The notes beneath the pieces were generated by a model. That model saw nothing but the letters and a program-made list of their open reading frames with translations, was not told the origin of the DNA and did not search any database. A stretch of DNA of 64,000 nucleotides from an uncultured Desulfosarcina sp. (GTDB taxonomy: Bacteria > Desulfobacterota > Desulfobacteria > Desulfobacterales > Desulfosarcinaceae): contig CAXXWQ010000003.1 in assembly GCA_963674945.2 (NCBI GenBank), positions 544,001-608,000 on the forward strand, written 5' to 3'. The position numbers were made by a program, and so were the translations under genes. Shown one piece after another: positions 37,778 through 48,110 of the stretch (positions are counted from its first letter, which is position 1; each line of letters starts with the position of its first letter).

Positions 37778-39145
37778 ATGCAACCAGCCGTACGAAGCCT
37801 GTCCGCTTTGCTTTTTTTGTTGTTCATCCTGCCTGATGTTTGGTTTTTCCCGACCTGTTGCCGGGCAGCGGAAAAAAGCGACATCCCCTTGCCGGCCAGG
37901 GTCGCGCTTTCCAAAGCCGGGGCCTTGATGAATCAAAAGGCCTATGACCGGGCGACGGAAATCCTGACCTCCTTTCGGGAGGCAGGCGGCGGTCCGCCGA
38001 CCCTGGGCGAACCGGACCCCAAGGGCCGCGGTCATGCCGAAATCCATTTCGCCCTTGGCACCTGCTATCTGTTTTTAGGCGACTACCGGCAAGCATCCGA
38101 CGAATTCGAAGTGGCCGTGAGAAAAAAACCGTCCCACACATCCGCCTGGCTCAACCTTGCCAAGGCACGGTATGAATGCACCCAGTATGACGAAGCGGCC
38201 CGGTGTTTTATTCTGGCCTATGAGAACTCTGAAAACGGCCGGCCGGAACACCTCTATTTCGGCGCGGCCGCCTATCTCATGGCCAAACAGCCCCAAGCGA
38301 GCATCGACCTGTTCGAACGGCTGATGGACCGTCATCCCGATGCCGTCCTGCCCGAGTGGCGCGAGACCTTTGTCCACGCACTTTTGACCACCGACCGCGC
38401 ACGCCGGGCCTTGCCGGAAATCCGGATACTGGCCGAGACGTACACGGGAGAGAAACAGATCCAGTGGCAGGAAATCCTTTTGCACCAATACATCCAGCTC
38501 GAAATGAGGGAAGCGGCCCTGGCATACGCCCAGACGCTCACCCGACAGTCGCCGACCGTGGCCAAGTGGTGGGAAGCGCTTGCCCACGTCCGGTTGCAGG
38601 ATAGCAACTATCGTCAGGCGCTGGTCGCATTGACCGTATGCGGCTACCTGAAACCGCTTAGCGCCCGCGAGAAAAAGTTGCTCGCGGATCTCAATTTGCA
38701 ACTTGGAATTCCCATCCAAGCCGTCCGGCTGTACGAAAATGCGCTGGCTGAAAAATCCGATGCACGGATGCTTCACAATCTGATGCTGGCCTTGCAGCAG
38801 ATGGGAGAACCCCAAAAGGCACTTGCGGTATTGGAACGGTTCGCACCCCAGAGCCGGGACCCGGACCTGCTCATGGCCAAAGCCGACCTGCTGTACGGCA
38901 TGAAACGATTCAAGGATGCACAGCGAATTTACCACGAAATTGCCATAGACGATTCGGAAAAAGCATCGTTCACGGGGCGCGCCTGGCTGATGGCCGGCTA
39001 TGCGGCGCTGCAGGCCAATGACCCCGATGCGGGCCGACGGGCGTTCATGCATGCGGCGGACTATAAGCCGCATCGCCGGGCGGCCCTTGCGGCCATCAAA
39101 CAGATTCCCAATACCCGGAAACGCGTCGGACATTCGTCGTTATAG
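37778..39145 (+). CDS. exported TPR protein
   Basis: signal peptide, repeated TPR-like helices. Confidence 0.8.
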   Translation: MQPAVRSLSALLFLLFILPDVWFFPTCCRAAEKSDIPLPARVALSKAGALMNQKAYDRATEILTSFREAGGGPPTLGEPDPKGRGHAEIHFALGTCYLFLGDYRQASDEFEVAVRKKPSHTSAWLNLAKARYECTQYDEAARCFILAYENSENGRPEHLYFGAAAYLMAKQPQASIDLFERLMDRHPDAVLPEWRETFVHALLTTDRARRALPEIRILAETYTGEKQIQWQEILLHQYIQLEMREAALAYAQTLTRQSPTVAKWWEALAHVRLQDSNYRQALVALTVCGYLKPLSAREKKLLADLNLQLGIPIQAVRLYENALAEKSDARMLHNLMLALQQMGEPQKALAVLERFAPQSRDPDLLMAKADLLYGMKRFKDAQRIYHEIAIDDSEKASFTGRAWLMAGYAALQANDPDAGRRAFMHAADYKPHRRAALAAIKQIPNTRKRVGHSSL

Positions 39146-39352
39146 GGACCGGTCGTATGGAAAAGAATAGTAAAAAGCAAGCAACCGCATCCCGGCCAGG
39201 AGACGGCGGCTGCTTGCATGGTTGAAGCCCCGGTTACCGGGGAGCTTCGGAATGGATTTTACCATCCGACTCCCCGCCGCGTCAATTCGAGATGCACACC
39301 GGCTTATGACAATTGTTGAAACGGATCATGACAGCAAAGGGAGAAAGTGGAG

Positions 39353-41449
39353 ATGAAAAAGAAATGGTTGATTGTCAGGCGGATGGGACTGGTAGTATGG
39401 CTTACCGCCATGGTTATGACGATGGTTGTCGCCCCGGCAGCGGCGGCGGACACCGAGGAGAAAAAGGACGCCGCCGCAAAAGACGATATCGTCCAACTGG
39501 AGGAAGTGGAGGTAAAGGATAAGATCGGCGCCCCCGGCCTTGACGTGGAGCCCTTGAAAACCATTATCGAGGTGGACGATTTTATTCCCGTGGCACCGTC
39601 CGACAGTATCCTGGATGTGCTCAAAACCCAGGCGGCCATCGATTTCCGGGATACAAACGACCTGGATCCGGGCGTCGACAGCGTCTACCTGAACGGCTTC
39701 GACAGCACGCGCTTCGTGACCGCGCTGGACGGTCTCACCATTCAGAAAACAGGGGGGCGCAAATCCTCCAATATCGTGGATTATTCGATGCTGCCGGCCT
39801 TTTTGATCGATAAGGTAGAGATCCTTCCGGGGCCCCACTCGGCCATGTATGACGCCAAGTCCATCGGCGGCGTGCTGAATTTCGTAAGCCGTGCCCCCGA
39901 GCGTCGGGACAGCCGGAGGCCCGATGTCGACTTGAGCACCGGCTACAGCTCCTACAACACATGGAACAGCACCGCCTCCCTGGCGGGGTCGATATCGGCG
40001 TTTACCTATGATTTGGCCTACCAGCATTACGAAACCGATGGGTATTTGCGTAGCAGCGCCATGGATAAGGATATCTTCTATGGTCGCTTAGGCTTTGTTT
40101 TGCCCTACGACGGCTTCGTCACCCTGAGTGTTTCCCACTCGGATGTCGATCGCAATCCGCCGGTGCGCAACGATCCCGACGTGGCGGAAAGCGATTACGA
40201 CCCGGACTATCCCATTGTGATCAATAGCAGCACCAGCAGTGTGTTCAATGCCAACCAACAGCCCACATGGGACAGTACTTCCAACAATTACCGCCTCAAC
40301 TACGAGCAGTCGCTTCCCACTGGGCGGCTCAACGTCAGCGGCTATTATAGTGATACGAACCGCCTTCGCAGTTATTATGAATATACCGATGATACCAGAA
40401 CCACCCTCGAAACCCAAAGAACCGACATGGACACCGACTGGTGGACCCAGGGCGGCAAAATCACGGATGCCATCGACTGGACCCCAAGTCAGACCACTAC
40501 CGTGGGATATGACCTCGTCCAGATGTTCGACGACCAGCCGGAGGACCATTCCAAGCGCATGGAAAAGCAGGGTTTCTTCCTGCAGCACCGGTGGGCCATT
40601 GTCCCGTCGCTGGAGGTCACGGTGGGGGCACGCCATGAGGATTTGAAGATCTGGATACATGACGATGGCACCTTGGATCCGCCCCGCCATTTTTCCGACC
40701 TGATGCCCAAATCCTTCCTCACCTGGAAAATGGACCAGTTGGCCCCCTGGCTGCGGGACACCTCCGTGTCCGCAGGCGTCAGCAAGATCTGGCACGCCCC
40801 CGACGCCCACGGCACCTACAACGCCCGGGGACGGCCCATTGGACGCGAGATGGATCCCGAGCACGGCATGGGCTATGACCTGATCCTGCAGCGTCGGTTG
40901 TGGCGGGATATCGAGATCCAGATCGACTACTCCCTTTATTTGATCGACGATTACATGTCCGGCGGCGACAATCTGGAAGGCACCGTGGAACGTGACGGCG
41001 TGGGGTTGCAGATGGGAGGCCATCTGACCGAGGACCTCTCTTTCTATGCCTCCTGGGCCTGGCAGGATTTCGGATATGACGGCAACGATGCGGGCGGCCA
41101 TGAAGTTGTGGACCAGCGGGCCAAAAACCGGATCGGGGCCGGGCTGCGCTATAATCTGCTTGAAAACACCATGCTGCTGCTCGACTATTCTTACCAGGAC
41201 GACGAGATTACTGAAGATTGGACGGACAATTCCGACGGCACTTCCACGTTCAACGGATACACCGAGATTCCGGCCTACCATTTGTTCGACTTCGGCGTGC
41301 AGCAAACCCTTTTCAAAAATGCCGGCTGGTTTCATGACGGGGTGCTCAGCGCTTATGTCAAGAACCTGTTCGACGAAGAATATTCCAACGCCAAGGGATG
41401 GCCGGCCATAGACCGGACTTACGGCGTCTCCTTCAAGGTAAAGTTCTGA
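39353..41449 (+). CDS. TonB-dependent outer-membrane receptor
   Basis: signal peptide, TonB box LEEVEV, plug IDKVEILPGP..GGVLN, C-terminal NLFD..Y...RTYGVSFKVKF. Confidence 0.92.
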   Translation: MKKKWLIVRRMGLVVWLTAMVMTMVVAPAAAADTEEKKDAAAKDDIVQLEEVEVKDKIGAPGLDVEPLKTIIEVDDFIPVAPSDSILDVLKTQAAIDFRDTNDLDPGVDSVYLNGFDSTRFVTALDGLTIQKTGGRKSSNIVDYSMLPAFLIDKVEILPGPHSAMYDAKSIGGVLNFVSRAPERRDSRRPDVDLSTGYSSYNTWNSTASLAGSISAFTYDLAYQHYETDGYLRSSAMDKDIFYGRLGFVLPYDGFVTLSVSHSDVDRNPPVRNDPDVAESDYDPDYPIVINSSTSSVFNANQQPTWDSTSNNYRLNYEQSLPTGRLNVSGYYSDTNRLRSYYEYTDDTRTTLETQRTDMDTDWWTQGGKITDAIDWTPSQTTTVGYDLVQMFDDQPEDHSKRMEKQGFFLQHRWAIVPSLEVTVGARHEDLKIWIHDDGTLDPPRHFSDLMPKSFLTWKMDQLAPWLRDTSVSAGVSKIWHAPDAHGTYNARGRPIGREMDPEHGMGYDLILQRRLWRDIEIQIDYSLYLIDDYMSGGDNLEGTVERDGVGLQMGGHLTEDLSFYASWAWQDFGYDGNDAGGHEVVDQRAKNRIGAGLRYNLLENTMLLLDYSYQDDEITEDWTDNSDGTSTFNGYTEIPAYHLFDFGVQQTLFKNAGWFHDGVLSAYVKNLFDEEYSNAKGWPAIDRTYGVSFKVKF

Positions 41450-41454
41450 TCGTA

Positions 41455-41487
41455 GCCCCGTTCCCGCACAGACCGTGGGAACGGGGC
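41455..41487 (+). terminator. strong intergenic hairpin (partial terminator or mRNA stabiliser)
   Basis: GCCCCGTTCCC...GGGAACGGGGC; weak U tract. Confidence 0.55.
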
Positions 41488-41511
41488 AGTTTAATATAGG
41501 AGAAGAGTAAC

Positions 41512-43188
41512 ATGCGAAGCACACATACGAAGAGAAGAATCGTCATGGCATGGATGGGGCTGGCCCTTTTGGGGTTCGTTCTGTCGGCCTGCGCGGGACG
41601 GAGTCCGACGGCGCCCCAGAGCCCTGCCACAGGCGCGCGGGGAAGTTTTGCAATTGTGGGCATCGGCCCGGGTGACGGGGATCTCATCACCGTCAGGGCG
41701 GTGGAGGCCATCCGGGCGGCGGATTTGGTTTTCTGCGGTTCGAAAACCAGGAATAAACTCTCGCCATATGTTGATTTCAGCGGCAAGCAGGTCCTGGACG
41801 GGTATGGGGTTCTGTTTCGCTATTACGGCAGGGACTGCAGTCGGTTAAATGGAGAAGGAGAATCCAAACAGCGCATGAGCTGCGAGGAGTACCATCAAAA
41901 GCAGGCCGAATTTGCCCGGTTGGTAAGAGATGCCGTATCTGCAGGCAAGCATGTGGTACTGCTCAGCGGCGGCGACCCCACCATCTACGGGCCGGATATG
42001 TGGTCCGTGAAGGAACTGAAAGAACTCGATCCAACGGTCATTCCCGGTCTCAGTGCCTTCAACGCCGCCAATGCGGCCCTGAAGGTCAGCCTGGGCGAAG
42101 TGATGCTTACGGCGCCCTTCAAAAAGGAGGGCAGCCGGGACACCATCGAGCAATTGGCCGGCCACGAGCGGGCCACCATGGTCATTTTCATGCCACGGGA
42201 TATGAAAGATTTGTTTGCGCGTTTATCGCGTTCTTATCCATCCGATACACCAGTGGCCATCGTCGGCAATGCGGGAATGGTAGGCCAGGAAAAAATTACG
42301 AACGGTACCATGGGCAGCTTTACCAAGGATTTTTCCGACATCCATCGAATGCGTTCGATTGTCTATGTGGGAAAAGCCCTTGAGTATGCGCAATGCAAGG
42401 CAACACCGGCCGACACATCCGGCAAGGGCAAGTTCTATCTGGTTGGTGCGGGGCCAGGCGACGCGGATCTGATCACCCTGCGAGGATTGACGGTGATCGA
42501 ATCGGCGGACCTGATCTTCGCCCACCAGCGGCTGGCCCATAAATTCCAGCGTTACTTGACGGGCAAAGAGGTTCTCACCGGCTATCATCGGCTTTTTCCC
42601 TTTTATGGAAAGCCCTGTGCCGGGGTCTCACAAACCGACAGAGCAAAAGAGCGCATGAGCTGTGAGGAATATCATCAAAAACAGGCCGAGTTCGCCGCCC
42701 TGGTGCGAAAAGCGGTCGCCGAAGGCAAGACCGTGGCCATGCTCGACAGCGGAGATCCCCTGGTTTACGGCCCCTGTTCGTGGTCGCTGACCGAATTGCG
42801 CGACCTTTCTACCGAAGTGGTGCCGGGCGTAAGCTGTTTCAATGCCGCCAATGCGGCCCTCAAGGCCGGCGTCACCGAAGGCAAGACCTCTCATTCGGTG
42901 ATTTTGGCCTCCGGGTGGTCGGTGGAGGAAATGGCCGTCCATCAAGGCACCATGGTGCTGTTTACCATGCGTACGCAGTTCAAGAAGTTTATCGATGGCC
43001 TATCAGCCCATTACCCGGCAGACACACCCGTGGCCATCGTGTTCAGTGCCGGTTATGCTGAAAAAGAACGAGTACTGCAGGGTACCCTGGGAACGATTCA
43101 GGATCAGGTGGGAACCGGCCGGCTGCCATTCGAGTATTTGCTTTATGTGGGTGATTTTTTGGCTGATGGGGGGCGCGTTGCCCATTAA
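41512..43188 (+). CDS. lipoprotein with two tandem tetrapyrrole-methylase (CobM/CbiF-like) domains
   Basis: lipobox LSA-C; GxGPGD..LIT, SG(G)DP, PGxS.FNAANA each present twice. Confidence 0.82.
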   Translation: MRSTHTKRRIVMAWMGLALLGFVLSACAGRSPTAPQSPATGARGSFAIVGIGPGDGDLITVRAVEAIRAADLVFCGSKTRNKLSPYVDFSGKQVLDGYGVLFRYYGRDCSRLNGEGESKQRMSCEEYHQKQAEFARLVRDAVSAGKHVVLLSGGDPTIYGPDMWSVKELKELDPTVIPGLSAFNAANAALKVSLGEVMLTAPFKKEGSRDTIEQLAGHERATMVIFMPRDMKDLFARLSRSYPSDTPVAIVGNAGMVGQEKITNGTMGSFTKDFSDIHRMRSIVYVGKALEYAQCKATPADTSGKGKFYLVGAGPGDADLITLRGLTVIESADLIFAHQRLAHKFQRYLTGKEVLTGYHRLFPFYGKPCAGVSQTDRAKERMSCEEYHQKQAEFAALVRKAVAEGKTVAMLDSGDPLVYGPCSWSLTELRDLSTEVVPGVSCFNAANAALKAGVTEGKTSHSVILASGWSVEEMAVHQGTMVLFTMRTQFKKFIDGLSAHYPADTPVAIVFSAGYAEKERVLQGTLGTIQDQVGTGRLPFEYLLYVGDFLADGGRVAH

Positions 43189-43189
43189 A

Positions 43190-43363
43190 TCAGTGCCCAT
43201 CCAGAAAGGGCCAATTTGCCCGATATCTTCGTTGCGCGAAAAATTTTATCCTCGGAATATCATCCATATGCACCCCAAGGGCATTTCCTTCGGGGCACCT
43301 CCGGTAAAATTTTTCGTACGGCTCGATCTCGACCAAATGTTCCTATTTCTGGACGGACACTGA
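43190..43363. mobile_element. MITE-like element
   Basis: TIR CAGTGCCCATCCAGAAA / TTTCTGGACGGACACTG (15/17); internal inverted repeats; no transposase. Confidence 0.75.
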
Positions 43364-43383
43364 ATATGAAAAGGAGAATTGAA

Positions 43384-44223
43384 ATGTCACGAAAATCGTA
43401 TATCGTTCTGATGGCTTCTGTTTTTTTTGTGGTTGTATTCTATGGTGCCGCTCATGCCCACAACCTGTGGCTTAATCCCGGCAATTACTTCCCCGAGGTC
43501 GGCACCACCGTCGACATCGGCATTGGTTGGGGGCACAAGTATCCGGCCAACCGGGTCGACCAGGAAGTAAAAGACGGCCGGGTGGAAGAGATCAAGGCCG
43601 TTGATCCCGACGGCAAGACCATCGATTTGTCGAAAGTTTCTGCGGCGTTGTACCAGCTGAAGATCGAAAAACCGGGTGCCTATCTGATTACGGCCCAAAT
43701 CAAGCCCGGGTTTTTCACGACCACACCGGAAGGCCGCAAATGGGGAAACAAGAAAGAGATCGCCAATCCCATCAAGTGCACCAACTTTTTCATCCAGGCC
43801 AAAACCGTGCTCATTGCCGGCAACAGTGATAAAAATCTCGGCAATGCGGCCGGCCAGCCTCTGGAGGTCATTCCGCTGAACAATCTTGAGCGGATGAAAT
43901 CGGGTGATGCGCTACGCATCAAATTGCTGTTCGACGGAAAACCGCTTCCCGATGCAAAAGTCAGGGCCACCTATGCTGGATTTGAGACCGAGGATATCGC
44001 TCCCCATCAACCGGCCGCCAAAGAGAAGAAAGAAGATAAAAGGGGGCACCATCGACACTTTCCGGTGGAAACCGTTACGGACGGCCAAGGCAAGGCCGTT
44101 CTGCCAATACAAAAGCCAGGCTTCTGGATGGTCATGCTTTCCCATCGCTGCCCATATGCGGATGCGGGAACCTGCGATGAGTATATGTACAACATGGCGG
44201 TTACTTTCGAAGTTCCCGATTAG
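43384..44223 (+). CDS. DUF4198-family periplasmic protein (Ni/Co-uptake associated)
   Basis: signal ending AHA then H-N-L-W; GWGH; PLEVIP; TDGQG. Confidence 0.8.
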   Translation: MSRKSYIVLMASVFFVVVFYGAAHAHNLWLNPGNYFPEVGTTVDIGIGWGHKYPANRVDQEVKDGRVEEIKAVDPDGKTIDLSKVSAALYQLKIEKPGAYLITAQIKPGFFTTTPEGRKWGNKKEIANPIKCTNFFIQAKTVLIAGNSDKNLGNAAGQPLEVIPLNNLERMKSGDALRIKLLFDGKPLPDAKVRATYAGFETEDIAPHQPAAKEKKEDKRGHHRHFPVETVTDGQGKAVLPIQKPGFWMVMLSHRCPYADAGTCDEYMYNMAVTFEVPD

Positions 44224-44261
44224 TATCGTCCAACACACCCTCACAGGGTAAGTCACTGCAT

Positions 44262-45110
44262 ATGGAGATAAAAATGGAGACCAACAAACAAATCCTATTC
44301 TGGGTTGTTCTTTTCACTGCGGCGATAGTTCTGTCGGCTGCGCCGCAAACCGTTTTGCCCTACCAACAGGCCGAAAACAACTTCTATCTGGTCAGCCTCG
44401 GCGTCGGTGACCCGGATCTGATCACACTTCGGGCCATCAATACCATCAAGGCGTCCGACATTATCGTCTGCCGGGATCAACACAAGGAGGAATTCGCCGA
44501 ATATCTTACGGGCAAGACGATTCTGGACCAATCCATGGCCGGATGGCGTGGGTACCGCAAGGATTGCACATCCATCGAGGATCCCCAAAAACGGGCCGAA
44601 TGTCAGAAGAAAGCGGATTCACGTGCCCAATTGATCAAGCAGATTCGCCTTACGATTGAGGCCGGCAAGACGGTGTCGGTCTTAGGCAGCGGCGACATGA
44701 TGATCTATGGCGGTCCGTACCGCTGGTATCTCGAAGAATTCAAGGATCTTAATCCGAAGATCATACCCGGGGTAAGTTGCTTCAATGCGGCCAACGCAGC
44801 CATGGGCAAGGATATCATGTTGGGCAAGGCGTGCCATTCCGCGGTGCTGACCACCTTTCGCGAAATCGATAAGCTGGCCGGATCCAACCCCACGATGGTG
44901 ATTTTCACCATGCACACCAAATTCAATGAACTGGTGGACAAGCTTACAACCCACTATCCTGCCGACACCCCCATTGCCATCGTGTTTTATGCCGGATACA
45001 AGCAAAAGGAGAATATTGTCAGGGGACGCCTGGATACGATCATCGACCGGACGAAAGGCAAACCGTTTCCCTTCGAGCATCTTGTGTATGTCGGTGATTT
45101 CATGAAATAG
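44262..45110 (+). CDS. signal-peptide-bearing tetrapyrrole-methylase-like protein
   Basis: hydrophobic N-terminus; LGVGDPDLIT, GSGD, IPGVSCFNAANA. Confidence 0.8.
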   Translation: MEIKMETNKQILFWVVLFTAAIVLSAAPQTVLPYQQAENNFYLVSLGVGDPDLITLRAINTIKASDIIVCRDQHKEEFAEYLTGKTILDQSMAGWRGYRKDCTSIEDPQKRAECQKKADSRAQLIKQIRLTIEAGKTVSVLGSGDMMIYGGPYRWYLEEFKDLNPKIIPGVSCFNAANAAMGKDIMLGKACHSAVLTTFREIDKLAGSNPTMVIFTMHTKFNELVDKLTTHYPADTPIAIVFYAGYKQKENIVRGRLDTIIDRTKGKPFPFEHLVYVGDFMK

Positions 45111-45121
45111 CATAACCAAAA

Positions 45122-46525
45122 ATGTCCAATCAATTGAAAAGAGAGTTGGGGTTGTTTTCGGCAACGGCCCTGGTCGTCGCCAACATGGTCGGCACCGGTA
45201 TTTTTACGACTTCCGGGTTTATCATGGCCGAGCTGCAAGATCCGCAGGCGCTGATCTCCTGCTGGCTGTGCGGCGGCCTGTTCGCCCTGTGCGGCGCCCT
45301 TTGTTACGGGGAACTCGGGGCACGGTTTCCCCAAGCCGGGGGTGAATATGTTTTTCTCAAGGAGAGTCTTGGCCGGCCGGTAGGTTTTCTCTCCGGGTGG
45401 ATCTCTTTGATCGTCGGATTTTCCGCACCCATCGCGGCGGCATCCATGGCCTTTGCCACCTACCTTTTTCATACCTTTTCGATTCCCATGGGCGAAGCTA
45501 TTCTCGTCTTTTCAATAGCCGACATCCGCTTGTTGACTTTATCGCCCGCGACGCTGACGGCCATCGGCGTAATCGTTCTCTTCTCCCTGATCCACTACCA
45601 CAGCCTGCGTTTGGGCAGCCGGTTTCAGAACGGATTGACCCTGTTCAAGATTGGCATGGTAGTTATGTTCATCGTCGCCGGTTTTTGGTTGGGGAAGGGC
45701 TCAACCGATCATTTTTCGGCCACGGCAACCACCCCCTGGTCGTCGGAAAAGTTTGCCGTGGCCCTGATTTTCGTTTCCTTTGCGTACAGCGGATGGAATG
45801 CCTCAGCATATCTGGGAGGCGAAATCGTCAATCCCCATAGAAATATACCGATTTCCCTTTTTGCGGGCACCACCATCGTGGTGATTTTGTATGTGTCGCT
45901 GAACCTCGTCTATCTGTACGCATTGCCACCCGAAGCTATGCAGGGGGTCATGGAAATCGGCGCAAAATCGGCGGCAGCCCTTTTCGGTACCGGCATGAGT
46001 CGGCTTTTCAATGGTGCCGTTGCCATAGGGCTTTTGTCTGTCCTGAGCGCCATGATCCTGACTGGGCCGAGAATTTACTATGCCATGTCCAAAGACCGGT
46101 TGTTTTTTTCAGTGTTCGGCCGTCTGGATATGAAACGAAACACCCCGGCCCCAGCAATTTTTCTGCAGGCCGCCATCGCTATCGCAATGGTGGTTTCCGC
46201 CTCTTTCGGCGGCCTTTTGCTGTACATCGGTTTTACGCTTTCTTTGTTTGCCATGCTGACGGTCATCGGATTGATGCGTGTCCGCAAAAGATTTCCCGTC
46301 GCAGACGGGACCTATCGGACGATCGGATATCCATTGACGCCGTTGTTGTTTATCCTGGGCAATCTGTGGATCATTTCTTTTTCCATCAGGAGCCGCCCCA
46401 TGACTGCCCTGTTCGGGCTCGGTACCATTGGCTTGGGGGTTGCGGCCTATCTGTACTTTAATCTCTGCAAGCAGCCGGCTGACAGGTCCCATCTCCACGA
46501 GGGTGTGGTAGATACCGAACGATGA
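45122..46525 (+). CDS. APC-superfamily amino acid/polyamine permease
   Basis: NMVGTGIF, YGELG..FP.AGGEY, FAYSGW. Confidence 0.9.
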   Translation: MSNQLKRELGLFSATALVVANMVGTGIFTTSGFIMAELQDPQALISCWLCGGLFALCGALCYGELGARFPQAGGEYVFLKESLGRPVGFLSGWISLIVGFSAPIAAASMAFATYLFHTFSIPMGEAILVFSIADIRLLTLSPATLTAIGVIVLFSLIHYHSLRLGSRFQNGLTLFKIGMVVMFIVAGFWLGKGSTDHFSATATTPWSSEKFAVALIFVSFAYSGWNASAYLGGEIVNPHRNIPISLFAGTTIVVILYVSLNLVYLYALPPEAMQGVMEIGAKSAAALFGTGMSRLFNGAVAIGLLSVLSAMILTGPRIYYAMSKDRLFFSVFGRLDMKRNTPAPAIFLQAAIAIAMVVSASFGGLLLYIGFTLSLFAMLTVIGLMRVRKRFPVADGTYRTIGYPLTPLLFILGNLWIISFSIRSRPMTALFGLGTIGLGVAAYLYFNLCKQPADRSHLHEGVVDTER

Positions 46526-46549
46526 GTTGATGCTTGAAAGGAAAACAGT

Positions 46550-47023
46550 ATGAAAACCCCTTTCTTATTACTGAGCAGTATTGCTGTGATCTCCATGCTG
46601 ACCGTTTCCATCGGATGGTCCCATGGCGTCGATGGATATGTCGAACCCATTGAGGCCCATTGTGTTACCGCCATGTACGACGACGGAGAACCCATGAGCT
46701 ATGCCGCCGTGGAAATCAAGGCCCCCAATTCGGAGATTGCCTTCCAGACCGGCCGTACTGATCGCAACGGCTGTTTCATGATAAAAACGGATAACCCCGG
46801 TGACTGGCAGGTCGTGGTCAGCGACGGTACGGGCCATCGCCTGGCCCTGGACTTCTCGGTCTCGGCAGATAAGGAGAATCTTCAGGCAGTGGAGAAAGTC
46901 TCCTCTCCGAGAGCAATCCATCATGCCATGGAACGGCCAATCAAAATCATCGCCGGTCTGTCAATCATTTTTGGATTGTGCGGTATTGTCTATGGATGGA
47001 AAGCACGACGCAACGTGTTGTAA
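46550..47023 (+). CDS. CbiL/NikL-like metal-uptake accessory protein
   Basis: signal then HGV; YDDGEPM, GRTDRNG, DGTGH; C-terminal TM anchor. Confidence 0.7.
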   Translation: MKTPFLLLSSIAVISMLTVSIGWSHGVDGYVEPIEAHCVTAMYDDGEPMSYAAVEIKAPNSEIAFQTGRTDRNGCFMIKTDNPGDWQVVVSDGTGHRLALDFSVSADKENLQAVEKVSSPRAIHHAMERPIKIIAGLSIIFGLCGIVYGWKARRNVL

Positions 47024-47058
47024 TCAAAAAGGCTCTTCGTACCAACAAGGAGAAAAAC

Positions 47059-48057
47059 ATGAGACGAATCGTTCGTACCGGTTTTGCGGCAGCCCTGTTT
47101 TTGACTTTCGGATTGTGTACCCATGGTTTCGCGGTCACTTTCGAGGCCATGGTTTCCCAGGCCATGCAGACCCTGAAGGTGTCAAAAGGCGATCCCGACC
47201 TGCTGATTCTTACCGACGCCCCTTATGTCAAGATTGATGGCACCTGCGCACTTCAATGGCTGGATCAGGCCCAGGAGAAAACCGGTTGCACGGTGGGCAA
47301 GGGGAATCTGCTGTTTTTTCAGCGGTCTCAAACCCATCCCCTGCGACTGATGCTATTCAGTAAAAAAGATGGCCATGCGGTTATCATCAGCAGGGAGAAA
47401 AACAAGTTGGAAAGCGACGATCTCGACATAGGCCCGGCCACAATCTCCCAGGCGGCGTTCTGGGAGAAAACCAATGACTTTCATGCGGGCCGGGACTTGT
47501 TTACTTTGGTCGCCATGGCCAATGTGTGGGCCAAGGGTGGGCCGTATGACTTTCTGAAAAGCGCCGAACTGCACAACCATATCTGCCCGGGACTTACTTC
47601 GGGCTATCTCATGGCCCATTATATCCTCGATCACTTCCCGCTGAAACCGGGTGAGCGTTACACGGTAGTGGCCTGCCCCGTATGGTGTAAGGAAGATGCC
47701 TTCCAGGTGATCATGGACTGCACACCCGGCAAGAAAGGTATGGTGGTCAAACGGCTTTCCGAAGCGCAGAAAAAACGGATCTCCATTGACAATCCGGCCG
47801 GCATGGTGCTGATCTGGGATGCCACGCAAAAGCGGGGACGGGGGGCGGCACTGAGCTTTCGCTTCGATCCCTTGCGTTCCCTGTCGCCAAAAGACACACC
47901 CAAGGCCGCCATGGTACTGACCTCCCTTGACTATCTGGATCAGCCGGACCGGTTTGTCTCGACCGCAGCCGAATTCGATCTGGATGAGAAGCGTTACGAA
48001 GCAATTGTTCAGGCAGGTAACAATCCTTGGGAGACCGTGGGGTTGATTACAAATTGA
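47059..48057 (+). CDS. exported FmdE-family protein
   Basis: signal peptide; ELHNHICPGLTSG; WCKEDAFQ..DCTPGK. Confidence 0.8.
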   Translation: MRRIVRTGFAAALFLTFGLCTHGFAVTFEAMVSQAMQTLKVSKGDPDLLILTDAPYVKIDGTCALQWLDQAQEKTGCTVGKGNLLFFQRSQTHPLRLMLFSKKDGHAVIISREKNKLESDDLDIGPATISQAAFWEKTNDFHAGRDLFTLVAMANVWAKGGPYDFLKSAELHNHICPGLTSGYLMAHYILDHFPLKPGERYTVVACPVWCKEDAFQVIMDCTPGKKGMVVKRLSEAQKKRISIDNPAGMVLIWDATQKRGRGAALSFRFDPLRSLSPKDTPKAAMVLTSLDYLDQPDRFVSTAAEFDLDEKRYEAIVQAGNNPWETVGLITN

Positions 48058-48110
48058 AATCCGTTCTATCAATTTCGTCGGAAAAATCTTTCATCAACAT
48101 TGAAGGAAAC

